This document shows positions 25,436 to 34,058 of a DNA stretch of 64,000 bases, piece after piece. A program made the position numbers and the translations under genes. Under the pieces are notes generated by a model. That model was not told the DNA's origin, made no database searches, and saw only the letters and a list, made by a program, of their open reading frames with translations. Numbering within the stretch: position 1 is the first letter of the stretch; each line of letters starts with the position of its first letter. The DNA is from an uncultured delta proteobacterium (lineage in GTDB: Bacteria > Myxococcota_A > Polyangia > Polyangiales > Polyangiaceae). The stretch spans positions 64,001-128,000 of the forward strand of contig CAWDXG010000001.1 of assembly GCA_963806225.1 (NCBI GenBank), in the 5' to 3' direction.

Positions 25436-26554
25436 ATGTCCCTACAACAAGCTCTCGTGATCGACGCCGGCTCGAGCATGACGAAAGTCGGCTTCGCCGG
25501 CGAGGACGCGCCGCGCGCCGTGTTCCCGACCATCGTCGGTCGCCCGCCGCATAGGGGCGTGACGGTCGGCGGTGGACAGACCTTCTACGTCGGCGACGAT
25601 GCCCGGACCAAGCTTGACTCGGCGACGTTGAGCACGCCGATCGACCACGGCATCGTCACGAACTGGTCCGACATGGAACACGTCTATCACTACGCCTTCT
25701 ACAACGAGCTCCGTACCATGCCGGAACAACATCCCGTGCTGCTCACGGAAGCGCCGCTTGACCCGAAAGCCGATCGGGAAAAGCTGACGCAGATGATGTT
25801 CGGCACCTTCAACACGCCGGCCATGTACGTCGCGATCCAGGCCGTGCTCGCTCTCTACGCTTCCGGTCGCACCACAGGCCTCGTGATCGACTCGGGTTAC
25901 GGCGTGACTCACACCGTGCCGATCTACGAGGGCTACTGTCTGCCGCACGCGGTGATGCGCCTGGATCTCGCTGGGCGCGATGTCACCGACCACCTCGCGA
26001 AGCTGCTCGCCCGGCGGGGCTATTCGTTCAAGACGGCGGCCGAGCGCGAGATCGTGCGCGACATCAAGGAAAGGCTGGGGTACGTCGCTCTGGACTACGG
26101 CGCCGAGCTCCGGAAATACAAGACCCACCCAAGCTGGCAACGCTACCAGCTACCGAACGGGCGGATGATCGAGATTGGCGATGAACGCTTCCAATGCGCC
26201 GAAGCGTTGTTCGAGCCCAATCTGATCGGGCTTCAGCAGGACGGGATCCACAAGGCTGCCTTCTCTTCGATCATGAAGTGCGACGTGGACATCCGCAAGG
26301 ACCTCTACAACAACATCGTTCTCTCGGGCGGCAGCACCATGTTCCCCAACATCGCGGCCCGCTTGACCAAGGAGATCAAGGCGCTGGCTCCCACTAGCAT
26401 GACCATCAAGGTGATCGCGCCGCCCGAACGCAAGTACTCGACCTGGATCGGCGGCTCCATCCTGGCGAGCCTCGGCACCTTCGAACAAATGTGGATAACG
26501 AAGGCCGAATACGACGAATTCGGCCCGTCCATAGTGCACCGCAAGTGCACGTGA
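25436..26554 (+). CDS. act: Eukaryote-type actin, 372 aa
   Basis: Colinear with actin: '[13 protein letters not shown]', '[10 protein letters not shown]', '[20 protein letters not shown]', '[11 protein letters not shown]', '[14 protein letters not shown]', '[18 protein letters not shown]', 'GPSIVHRKC'. Confidence 0.99.
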   Translation: MSLQQALVIDAGSSMTKVGFAGEDAPRAVFPTIVGRPPHRGVTVGGGQTFYVGDDARTKLDSATLSTPIDHGIVTNWSDMEHVYHYAFYNELRTMPEQHPVLLTEAPLDPKADREKLTQMMFGTFNTPAMYVAIQAVLALYASGRTTGLVIDSGYGVTHTVPIYEGYCLPHAVMRLDLAGRDVTDHLAKLLARRGYSFKTAAEREIVRDIKERLGYVALDYGAELRKYKTHPSWQRYQLPNGRMIEIGDERFQCAEALFEPNLIGLQQDGIHKAAFSSIMKCDVDIRKDLYNNIVLSGGSTMFPNIAARLTKEIKALAPTSMTIKVIAPPERKYSTWIGGSILASLGTFEQMWITKAEYDEFGPSIVHRKCT

Positions 26555-26776
26555 CGGGTGGCGTGGCGACTCCGCGCTCGATGCGCGTAGGCGCGCACGC
26601 CGGCGCCCCAGCTCGCTTCGCGCTGGTTCCTGGCTCAGAACGTCCCAGCCAAGCCCATCGGTGTCACCCACACCCGCATCGAAGTCGGCCCGCGATCGCG
26701 AGTGGCTTCCGCCGGCCCCGCCTCGAGCCCGCCTTCCCGGGCGTGGAGGTAGAGCAGGCCGTCGGGATGCGGCCGC

Positions 26777-27793
26777 TCAGAACGTGCCGCTGACGCCCAC
26801 GCTTCGGTAGCCGACGAGCGGGTGCACGCTGAGGTCGCCGTGCCGGAGGATGGAGGCCTCCTTCTTCTTGCCGGAATCGAGCACGAGCAACACGACGCCT
26901 GTAGCGACGCCTACACCGCCGACGACGAACCCGACGGTCGAGAGCGTGCCGGCGCTGGAAGCGTCGTCGTCGAGCGAAGCGAGCTTGCTGCGCTCGGCGC
27001 TCGTGCAGCCGCGCGGGTTGCAGCTGTTGAACAGCTTGTCGCCGTCGCTCGAAGCGCTGCTCTTCTTCAGCAGGAAGATGACGCCCGCGCCGATGCCGAT
27101 CGCGCCCACCCCGAACCCGGCGTAGGCGCCGATGCGCATCCCGCTCATCCCGCCGTTGCTCTTGGGACCGGCAGGTTGCGCTGGAGCCGGCGCGGGGACC
27201 GCGGCCTGGATCGGCTGGAGCGTGAGGACGACGCTGTCGCTCGCGCCCTCCTTCACCTCCACGGTTTTCTCCGGGCTCTCCATGCCCTCGGCAAACGCCT
27301 TGAACACGTGCTTGCCCGGGTCCACCGGCCTGGGGATACCCACGAGAGCGTCGGGCACCCGACGCCCGTCCATCGTGACGTGCGGCGTCTTGGCGCCGGC
27401 GCCCTGCACTCTGGCCGTGACGCGGGGAATACGCGGAACCAGGGCCTGGAGCTCCTGACCCGCCGTCTGCTGCGCGTCCCTGAATGCCTTCGGCGCATCG
27501 GCGCCAAGCTGCTCGCGCTTGATCTTGATGTAGGTCTCGCGTGCGTCGACCAGGTGACCGAGCTTTTCGTACGCACGCGCCAGGTACAAGAGGTGCGTCG
27601 GCGCGTGCACGAGCTTTTCGGCGCGGGAGAAGAAGTCGACCGCGTTGGCGTACTCGCCGGCCTGGAAGGCCTTGGCGCCTTCGGTGGCGGCGGCGCGGGC
27701 GCCCGCAAGCTGTTCATCCGTCTGCGCGCCAGCTGCACCGCAAAACAACGTCGATGCGAGCAGCAACGCCGCCATACACGAAAGGCGAGGCAT
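26777..27793 (-). CDS. Secreted TPR/PEGA-like protein with C-terminal membrane segments (myxobacterial type)
   Basis: Signal peptide, TPR 'A..F.RA..L..APT.LLYLARAYEKLG', 'PVDPGKH', C-terminal 'GTF'. Confidence 0.8.
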   Translation of the reverse strand: MPRLSCMAALLLASTLFCGAAGAQTDEQLAGARAAATEGAKAFQAGEYANAVDFFSRAEKLVHAPTHLLYLARAYEKLGHLVDARETYIKIKREQLGADAPKAFRDAQQTAGQELQALVPRIPRVTARVQGAGAKTPHVTMDGRRVPDALVGIPRPVDPGKHVFKAFAEGMESPEKTVEVKEGASDSVVLTLQPIQAAVPAPAPAQPAGPKSNGGMSGMRIGAYAGFGVGAIGIGAGVIFLLKKSSASSDGDKLFNSCNPRGCTSAERSKLASLDDDASSAGTLSTVGFVVGGVGVATGVVLLVLDSGKKKEASILRHGDLSVHPLVGYRSVGVSGTF

Positions 27794-27888
27794 CCCGCGG
27801 AATGGCTACCACGCCGGAGCCGCGGCTGCGCAGGGGCAAACTGTTTTGCCCTTTCCGGCCGCGCGCGCCCAAGTGGTATACGGACGAC

Positions 27889-29055
27889 ATGCATTGGGGT
27901 GCTACGGCTGGTATTGGGCTCATCTTTGTCCTCGTCGGGTGTGGAGGCGGTAGCGAGCGCACCTTCACACCGACGGACGCTTCGGCTGGGAGCGGCGGCA
28001 CCGGAGGCACCGCAACCGGCGGCACCGGAGGCACCGCAACCGGCGGTACCGGAGGCACCGCAACCGGCGGTACCGGAGGCACTGCAACCGGCGGTACCGG
28101 AGGCACTGCAACCGGCGGTACCGGAGGCACTGCAACCGGCGGTACCGGAGGCACTGCAACCGGCGGTACCGGAGGCACGGGTGGAAACGCCGGCGCCGGC
28201 GGCACCGCACCAACCTGCGACGGTTCGAACCATTGCGTGACGACGCCCGCCACGTGGAAAGGCCCGATCACCTACGCGCAGTACACCGGTGGCGCGCCCG
28301 CTTGCCCCACGCCGTATCCGGGCTCGGCACTGACGGCGCACCAGAACCTGAAGCCGGGCAGCGCGAGCTGCAGCTGTACGTGCGGTGCAATCTCGCTCAC
28401 ATGCCCCACCGCCGTGATTGGCACGGGGTATTCCAGCACCAACTGCGCCACGGGCGTGGGCACGATCACCATGCCCATCAACTCGTGCATCGTGGCCAGC
28501 AACTACGCGACGACCAACTCGTTCAACTTCAAGATCGGCGCGGCCGGTTCCAGCTGCGGCTCGCCGACGGTCAACAATACCCTGCCCAAACCCGCCTGGG
28601 GCGGCGACGTTCGCATCTGCGAAGGTGTCAAGGATGTCGCGCCCGGTGCATGCGGAAGCGGCATATGCGTACCCACCACGGGATCCCCCTATGGATCTAC
28701 CTGCATCTACAAGGCCGGCGACAACGCGTGCCCCAGCGGATTCACGGGCTCGCGCGAGGTCGTTTATGGCGGCTACTCGGACACGCGCGCGTGCTCGGCC
28801 TGCACCTGCAACAAGCAGAACGCCACCTGCTCCGCGATCGTGACGCGCTATCAGAGCGGCAACAACACCTGCTCCGGCAGTTCGGCTGCCCTCTCCGTGA
28901 CCACGGCCGGCTCCTCGTGCATCACCAAGGCTTCCCAGAACACCTTCCGGACCACGTCGATCACGAAGAACCCGAAAGCTTACTGCGCGAAGTCGGGCGG
29001 TGCGCTGTCCGGGTCTGCAAAGGCGACGCAACCAACGACGATCTGCTGCCAATAG
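27889..29055 (+). CDS. Cys-rich lipoprotein with Gly/Thr repeat linker
   Basis: Lipobox 'LVGC', 'DTRACSACTC', ends 'PTTICCQ'. Confidence 0.8.
   Translation: MHWGATAGIGLIFVLVGCGGGSERTFTPTDASAGSGGTGGTATGGTGGTATGGTGGTATGGTGGTATGGTGGTATGGTGGTATGGTGGTATGGTGGTGGNAGAGGTAPTCDGSNHCVTTPATWKGPITYAQYTGGAPACPTPYPGSALTAHQNLKPGSASCSCTCGAISLTCPTAVIGTGYSSTNCATGVGTITMPINSCIVASNYATTNSFNFKIGAAGSSCGSPTVNNTLPKPAWGGDVRICEGVKDVAPGACGSGICVPTTGSPYGSTCIYKAGDNACPSGFTGSREVVYGGYSDTRACSACTCNKQNATCSAIVTRYQSGNNTCSGSSAALSVTTAGSSCITKASQNTFRTTSITKNPKAYCAKSGGALSGSAKATQPTTICCQ
27994..28161 (+). repeat. 7 x 24-bp coding tandem repeat (GGTGGTAT)
   Basis: GGCGG(C/T)ACCGGAGGCAC(C/T)GCAACC x7. Confidence 0.9.
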
Positions 29056-29110
29056 GCCACACGCCCTTATGGGCTGAGGATTCTGAAGCGGATCGAGTGC
29101 ACGAGCCGGA

Positions 29111-29491
29111 TTGCCGGGTACGGGTGCACCCTCCCCATCATCAGAGGATGCCGGCGACAAGCCTTTCATCGTCATGACCAAGGACGACGGTGCCTACTAT
29201 CTGTCGAAGTACGAGCAGTACAACCCGGCGGACGGCAGCTCCGGTTCCCCCGATGTGAAGCGGCTCGCGTTCGGGAGCAAGACGCTGATAGTGGGCCCGA
29301 AGCTCTACTGGGTGGACAGTGTCGTCGGCGCGTGGTCGCTCCGGTCGATCGATGCCAGCGGCGCGACGACTACGCTGCTGCTGCCGGAGGGCAGGCTCAT
29401 CCAGCGCGTTCTGGACGGGTACGTCTACTTCACACCGACGAGCGGCGACGAGCTCGACCGGGTCGCCCTTTCCGACGCAAAAACGCCCTGA
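29111..29491 (+). CDS. Hypothetical beta-propeller-like fragment
   Basis: 'LYWVDS', 'GYVYFT', coding-like codon use, no clear start. Confidence 0.4.
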   Translation: MPGTGAPSPSSEDAGDKPFIVMTKDDGAYYLSKYEQYNPADGSSGSPDVKRLAFGSKTLIVGPKLYWVDSVVGAWSLRSIDASGATTTLLLPEGRLIQRVLDGYVYFTPTSGDELDRVALSDAKTP

Positions 29492-29717
29492 GCCGCCCAT
29501 CGCGGCCGGGTGCGTCCAGCGCGTCGCGGGCGGCTGCGGATGTCGGCTTGCGCGGGAGCGGCAACCAACCACGCCGCGTCCCTACAATGCTCGGCCCGAC
29601 GAAACCGGTGCTCTTCCTCGTGTGCGCCGCCTGCCGATTTGACCTGTGACGGGCCCGGCCGTGTGCCAGAACAGCCGGTTACTCGTGGGACCACGCTCGG
29701 CGTCCGTTCACCGTCGG

Positions 29718-30368
29718 TCAGCTGGTGGAACGGCTGCCTGGCGCCATCGAGCTGTAGGCCCGGTACAGCGCAAGCCCTGCGACCAGCGTGCCCGCACCCA
29801 GGTACAGCGCACGCATCGGCCAGGCGCCAGCATCGCTGCCTGCAAACAGGCCGTGGGCGAGAGCCACCGGGAACACTACGAACGACAGATAGTGGAGCTT
29901 GCGCCAGGCCCTGGCGCCGATGCGTCGGCGCAGCAGGAAGCTCGCCTGCAGGACCAGCGCGCCGTACGCGGCGAGGACGCCCAGGCCGACGGCGAAGGGC
30001 CGATAGCCCGAGGTGAACGGCACGAGCGCGTCGATCACGTCGAAGTGCACGAAGCGATCGAACACGAGGACAAGAGAGTGCACGCCGATCATCGCGAGAG
30101 CCGCGCTCGACAGCCAGCGGTGGATTTCGACGCTCCGGGCGCGGGAAAGCACGCGATCGAAGGCGCCGGTGGACAGGAACAGGCCGAAAGCGACGTCGAG
30201 CGACAGCGCGATGAAAGCCGTGACACCTGCGGCCCGCGCCGTCGTCCATGCTGCGCTCCCCTCGAGCTTCGGGACGATGCCGGGCACGAGCCCCAGCCGC
30301 GCTCCGAGCGCGTCCAGCACGATGAGCAACCCGAGGCCGAGCAGGAAGCCGACAAGCGCCCTACGCAT
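29718..30368 (-). CDS. Ferric reductase-like (MsrQ-like) transmembrane protein
   Basis: TM helices with heme-ligand-type His: 'EIHRWLS', 'GVHS', 'WRKLHYLSF', 'AHGLFAGSD'. Confidence 0.85.
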   Translation of the reverse strand: MRRALVGFLLGLGLLIVLDALGARLGLVPGIVPKLEGSAAWTTARAAGVTAFIALSLDVAFGLFLSTGAFDRVLSRARSVEIHRWLSSAALAMIGVHSLVLVFDRFVHFDVIDALVPFTSGYRPFAVGLGVLAAYGALVLQASFLLRRRIGARAWRKLHYLSFVVFPVALAHGLFAGSDAGAWPMRALYLGAGTLVAGLALYRAYSSMAPGSRSTS

Positions 30369-31251
30369 GGCCGATCTCCCGCACGCGCACTTGGCCCGAG
30401 ACGAGTACCTCGCCGTCGCGACCCACCAACACCGCGCCCGTCGCTCCGTGATTCGCGACGAACCGTTTACCCTCGCGGCTGCCGAGCAGGAAGGCCGTCT
30501 TCGCCAGCACGTCCGCGAGCTCCGCTCGCGGTGCGAAAACGGTCGCCTGCAGCAGATCGCTCGCCGAGGGGGCGAGCGTGCGGGGATCGATCAGGTGATG
30601 CGCGGCTCTACCGCCCACTTTCCAGGTCCGTCGGTTCGGTGCGCTGGTTGCGAGCGCACCGCCGGACACGGCGACCGTCAGGAGGACTTGTTCCGCGTTG
30701 CGCGGGTCCTCGATGTCGACCAGCCATTCGCCGCGCGTTGGCTCGAGACCGAGCAGGATGGCGTCGCCGCCAGCGTCGATCGCTCCTCTCCCGTCGAGAT
30801 GGCGTGCCGCCGCGTCCACGGTGGCGCCCTTGATCATGCCGCCCAGATCGATCTGCACGTGGCAGGGCCGATCGACCGAGCGCCTCGACGGGTCGAGCCC
30901 GATGTCGAGGAAGCTGCCAGCGCGTCCTGGTAGGGTTGCAGCGGCGCGATCGAGCGCGCCCGGCGCGAAGGAGCGGTCGTAGCCGAAGGCTGCCAGCACG
31001 CCGCCGACCGCGGGATCGAACAACCCGAGCGTCAGATCGAAGTACCACCGAGCACGCACCAGCGCAGCGAAGAGCGGCTCCGACACGGTCGCTGGCCCGC
31101 ATGCGCGGTTCAGCCGCGACAGCTCGCTGTCCCGGCGGAAGCGGCTGAACCGGCGCTCCGTTTCGGCGAAGGTCGCGGCGACCCGCGTCGCGATCGCCTC
31201 GTCGTCGGTGGCGACGGATACGTCGGTGTTCATCGCGCGGAAGGTGAACAT
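30361..31251 (-). CDS. apbE: FAD:protein FMN transferase
   Basis: 'FRAMNT', 'SRFRRDSELSRLN', 'GLFDP', 'DLGGMIKG', 'AGGD', 'ATS', 'HHLIDPRT'. Confidence 0.93.
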   Translation of the reverse strand: MFTFRAMNTDVSVATDDEAIATRVAATFAETERRFSRFRRDSELSRLNRACGPATVSEPLFAALVRARWYFDLTLGLFDPAVGGVLAAFGYDRSFAPGALDRAAATLPGRAGSFLDIGLDPSRRSVDRPCHVQIDLGGMIKGATVDAAARHLDGRGAIDAGGDAILLGLEPTRGEWLVDIEDPRNAEQVLLTVAVSGGALATSAPNRRTWKVGGRAAHHLIDPRTLAPSASDLLQATVFAPRAELADVLAKTAFLLGSREGKRFVANHGATGAVLVGRDGEVLVSGQVRVREIGHA

Positions 31252-31577
31252 CACGAGCTCCTGGTGCGGATCCGGCCCGGATGCGCGGCTGATGCGCGTA
31301 CCGGACGGGGGGGAGCCATCTGGCGCTGCGCTGTCGGCGCGATCATCCAGCCGTCGGGCAGCGCGACGGGCGGACGTTCCCCGGGCGGCAGTTCGCTGTA
31401 CCAGACGACGGGAGAACGTGGACCCGCCAGCTCGGCCCGCGGCGCCAAACGGATCTGCACCCGTCGCTCGCCAAACGACCACCACGCCACGACGTACGCC
31501 AGTGCGAGCAGTGCAAGCAGGTGCGGCCGGAGGCTGCGCGTGAAAAGTGGGGGGCGGCGGCGTCTAGTCGTCGTCAT
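31251..31577 (-). CDS. Small membrane-anchored protein ending 'RIRTRSS'
   Basis: One TM helix, Pro-rich. Its stop overlaps the apbE start. Confidence 0.6.
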   Translation of the reverse strand: MTTTRRRRPPLFTRSLRPHLLALLALAYVVAWWSFGERRVQIRLAPRAELAGPRSPVVWYSELPPGERPPVALPDGWMIAPTAQRQMAPPRPVRASAAHPGRIRTRSS

Positions 31578-31911
31578 CGTGCTCCTCGCGGTCGTGACGT
31601 TCATGGGCTTCGCGCTCGCCGCGGACCTTGTGGAACGCCGCAAACACCGGTCCCGGTTCGGGCGGAGCCGCCTGGACGGGCGGCTCCGGGGCGACGGGCA
31701 CCAGTACGACCGGGGGAGCGTTGGGTTGCGGCGCCGGCGCCGCAGTCGGTGGCGCGTCGGCGGGCACCGCCGCGGCCGGCGATCCGGCGTGCGGCGCCAG
31801 GTATCCGCCGAGCGCCGCGACGGTCACACCCAGCGCAAGCGTCGTGGCGGCGGTCGCGACAATCGTCGCGATCTGTCCTTTGCCGGTTGCTTCATGGCTC
31901 GTCGTCATCAT
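31564..31911 (-). CDS. Small membrane protein with Pro/Ala linker and His/acidic tail
   Basis: GGAGG RBS, TM helix, C-terminus 'EREAHERHDREEHDDDD'. Confidence 0.65.
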   Translation of the reverse strand: MMTTSHEATGKGQIATIVATAATTLALGVTVAALGGYLAPHAGSPAAAVPADAPPTAAPAPQPNAPPVVLVPVAPEPPVQAAPPEPGPVFAAFHKVRGEREAHERHDREEHDDDD

Positions 31912-32022
31912 CTTCCTCCAGTCGAGGCTCGTTTCTGCGGTCCCCGGGGACCGGATCAGTGATGGGCTCCTGGCGGCCCGCGCACCATCCGCCAAGCGTG
32001 ATATTCGAGAGGTTACGGACAC

Positions 32023-32598
32023 TTGGAAGCGCCTGATCTCACATCCGACGGACGGCTGCTGGGTGGCATGCTGGTCGCGTTCGCCGGCATCGCCGTGCTC
32101 GCTGCCATCGATCTGGCCTTCGACCTGGGCGCGGGAACGACCGTCCGTCACGTGTTGACCGAGGGGGGGCTGTTCGTGGCGGGCCTGATGGGTGCGGTCG
32201 TGGTGGCCCGGCGGTTCCGTGACGTCATCCGCGACGCGCGGCAGGTCCGCGAACACGCCCGCGAGCTCGCCGAACGCCTGGAAGCGACGCGGCTCGAGGC
32301 CGAGCGCTGGAGGACCGAAGCCCGCGAGGCGCTTGAGGGTCTAGGCGCCGCCCTCGATCGTCAGTTCGAACGCTGGAAGCTGTCGGCCGCGGAGAAGGAG
32401 GTCGCGCTGCTTCTCCTCAAGGGCCTCAGCCACAAGGAGATCGCGGAAGTGCGTTCGATCACCGCGGCGACCGCGCGCCAGCAGGCGCGCGCCGTGTACC
32501 GGAAGGGCGGCCTCTCCGGGAGGCACGACCTCTCCGCATTTTTCCTCGAAGACCTGCTGCTGCCGAGAGCGCGCGACGAGGCGGACGCGTCGGACTAG
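32023..32598 (+). CDS. Membrane-anchored LuxR-family transcriptional regulator
   Basis: 2 TM helices, coiled coil, 'W.LSAAEKEVALLLLKGLSHKEIAEVR..TARQQA..VYRK'. Divergent from the apbE operon. Confidence 0.9.
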   Translation: MEAPDLTSDGRLLGGMLVAFAGIAVLAAIDLAFDLGAGTTVRHVLTEGGLFVAGLMGAVVVARRFRDVIRDARQVREHARELAERLEATRLEAERWRTEAREALEGLGAALDRQFERWKLSAAEKEVALLLLKGLSHKEIAEVRSITAATARQQARAVYRKGGLSGRHDLSAFFLEDLLLPRARDEADASD

Positions 32599-32692
32599 CG
32601 CGGGGCCGGCGCGAGCGGGAGCCGCCCCAGATCGACGAGCTCGAGTGTTTTCGAGCGGAAGTTCGTGAGCAGGAGCGTGCGCATCCGCCGAA

Positions 32693-32738
32693 TCGCGGAG
32701 CGCCCCGCTGATGACCGGGCCTGGGCTCGGTCGTGTGG
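32693..32738. repeat. 46-bp repeat shared with the IS remnant at 35222-35267
   Basis: TCGCGGAGCGCC(C/A)CGCTGATGACCGGGCCTGGGCTCGG(T/C)CGTGTGG, 2 mismatches. Confidence 0.85.
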
Positions 32739-32751
32739 TGGCAGAACGTCT

Positions 32752-33903
32752 CTAGCGTCGCTTCGCGCGACGGCGCCTGGAGCCGGCGAGCCCCAACGCG
32801 AGACCGAGGAGCACGAGCGGCGCGCCGGACGGCTCGTCATCGACCGGACCCACGCTGCATCCGCCGCTCTGATTCGCGATCACCCGGGTCCGGGAGCGGT
32901 TGATGCCCGCATCCGGATCGCTTCCAATGCCGATCGAGCCGCCCGCACCAGCAGTCGAGCCGCTCGCTCCGGCGCTGCCGCTCGCGCCACTCGCGCCGCC
33001 GATGCCACTCCCGCCACTCGCGCCGCCGATGCCACTCCCGCCACTCGCGCCGCCGGTGCTACTCCCGCCACTCGCGCCGCCGGTGCTGCTCGCACCTCCG
33101 GTGCCGCCCGTGCCGCCGGTGCCGCCCGTGCCGCCGGCGACGGGGACGCACGTTTTCGCGCCCCAGTTGTTGGACGAGGTGCACTTCTGCGTCGCGCTTC
33201 CGGACGCGCAAGCCGAATCCGCGACCGTCTGCACGTTGCCCGCCCAGCAGCGCGGGTTGTTCTTGGCGTGCACGTAGCACTTGGCCGCTGCCCTCAGGTA
33301 GTCGTTATGGGCGTGCTGCGGCCCGTTCTGGTCTTTGACCCGATACGTATTGCCGCTCGGCTTTCCCACCACCACCCCGACGTGGCCATACGTGGCGTCC
33401 GCTCTGACGATGCAGCTCCCGGAGCTGCTCTTCTGCAGACATGCGCCTGCGCCATAGACGACGACGTCACCTGGTACGGGCTTCGAGACGAGCTTCGTTC
33501 CGGTCGGGTGATTCCCGCACATGTCCTTGGCGCCGCTCACGCCCGACCACATGTGCCCCCACTTCTTCCACATGTAACGTCGGGCCCACTCCACGCATTG
33601 CCAGCGGAGCCCCGTATACCTGCAACCGCTCGTTCCGGCCGAGCAGCACACGTCGGCCTTGGTGTCGGTGGTATAGAACTTCCCGTTGTCGGAGCACGTT
33701 CTCCGGAAGATGGAGTACCCGTCGTAGGTCGTGAGAACGCAGCTGCCAGCCGATGCCGCCGAGCACGTCAGCGGTTGTTGCACCGTGCCTAGCGCGCCTT
33801 CGGGCAGGTCCTGCGGTTGCCCGGCCTGGTCGCCACACGCCACCGTGACGGCCATGCCGAGGACGAGCGCGAGGGATCTCGGCAATCTCATGATCATGCG
33901 CAT
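32752..33903 (-). CDS. CHAP-domain amidase/peptidase with lipobox and MYXO-CTERM anchor
   Basis: 'QCVEWARRY', 'YGHVGVV', 'DQN'. Lipobox 'TVAC'. C-terminal 'GGCSVG...LLGLALGL..RRRR'. Confidence 0.85.
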   Translation of the reverse strand: MRMIMRLPRSLALVLGMAVTVACGDQAGQPQDLPEGALGTVQQPLTCSAASAGSCVLTTYDGYSIFRRTCSDNGKFYTTDTKADVCCSAGTSGCRYTGLRWQCVEWARRYMWKKWGHMWSGVSGAKDMCGNHPTGTKLVSKPVPGDVVVYGAGACLQKSSSGSCIVRADATYGHVGVVVGKPSGNTYRVKDQNGPQHAHNDYLRAAAKCYVHAKNNPRCWAGNVQTVADSACASGSATQKCTSSNNWGAKTCVPVAGGTGGTGGTGGTGGASSTGGASGGSSTGGASGGSGIGGASGGSGIGGASGASGSAGASGSTAGAGGSIGIGSDPDAGINRSRTRVIANQSGGCSVGPVDDEPSGAPLVLLGLALGLAGSRRRRAKRR

Positions 33904-34058
33904 CTTTCGTTCAGGTCATCGGCCCCTACCCAGAGGACCCGGAATCTGCAGGAGAATAGCACGGCTGCCGATTTCGCGGATGCCTAGCTGGAAGCCCCCT
34001 GGTTTCTACGCCCGGATCGTTCCGGGGCTACGCCGAGAGCGACGCCCCTGGTCTTGCC

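Noticed and set aside
25436..26554. Actin as eukaryotic contamination, or as MreB/FtsA/ParM
   Set aside because: It sits in an operon-like context with host-like codon usage and no introns, which argues against contamination (read-level check still needed). Its identity to actin is far above that of prokaryotic actin homologs.
27994..28161. Tandem repeats here, at 13873-13944 and at about 32980-33130 as CRISPR arrays
   Set aside because: There are no spacers, unit lengths are multiples of 3, they encode Gly-rich linkers, and no cas genes are present.
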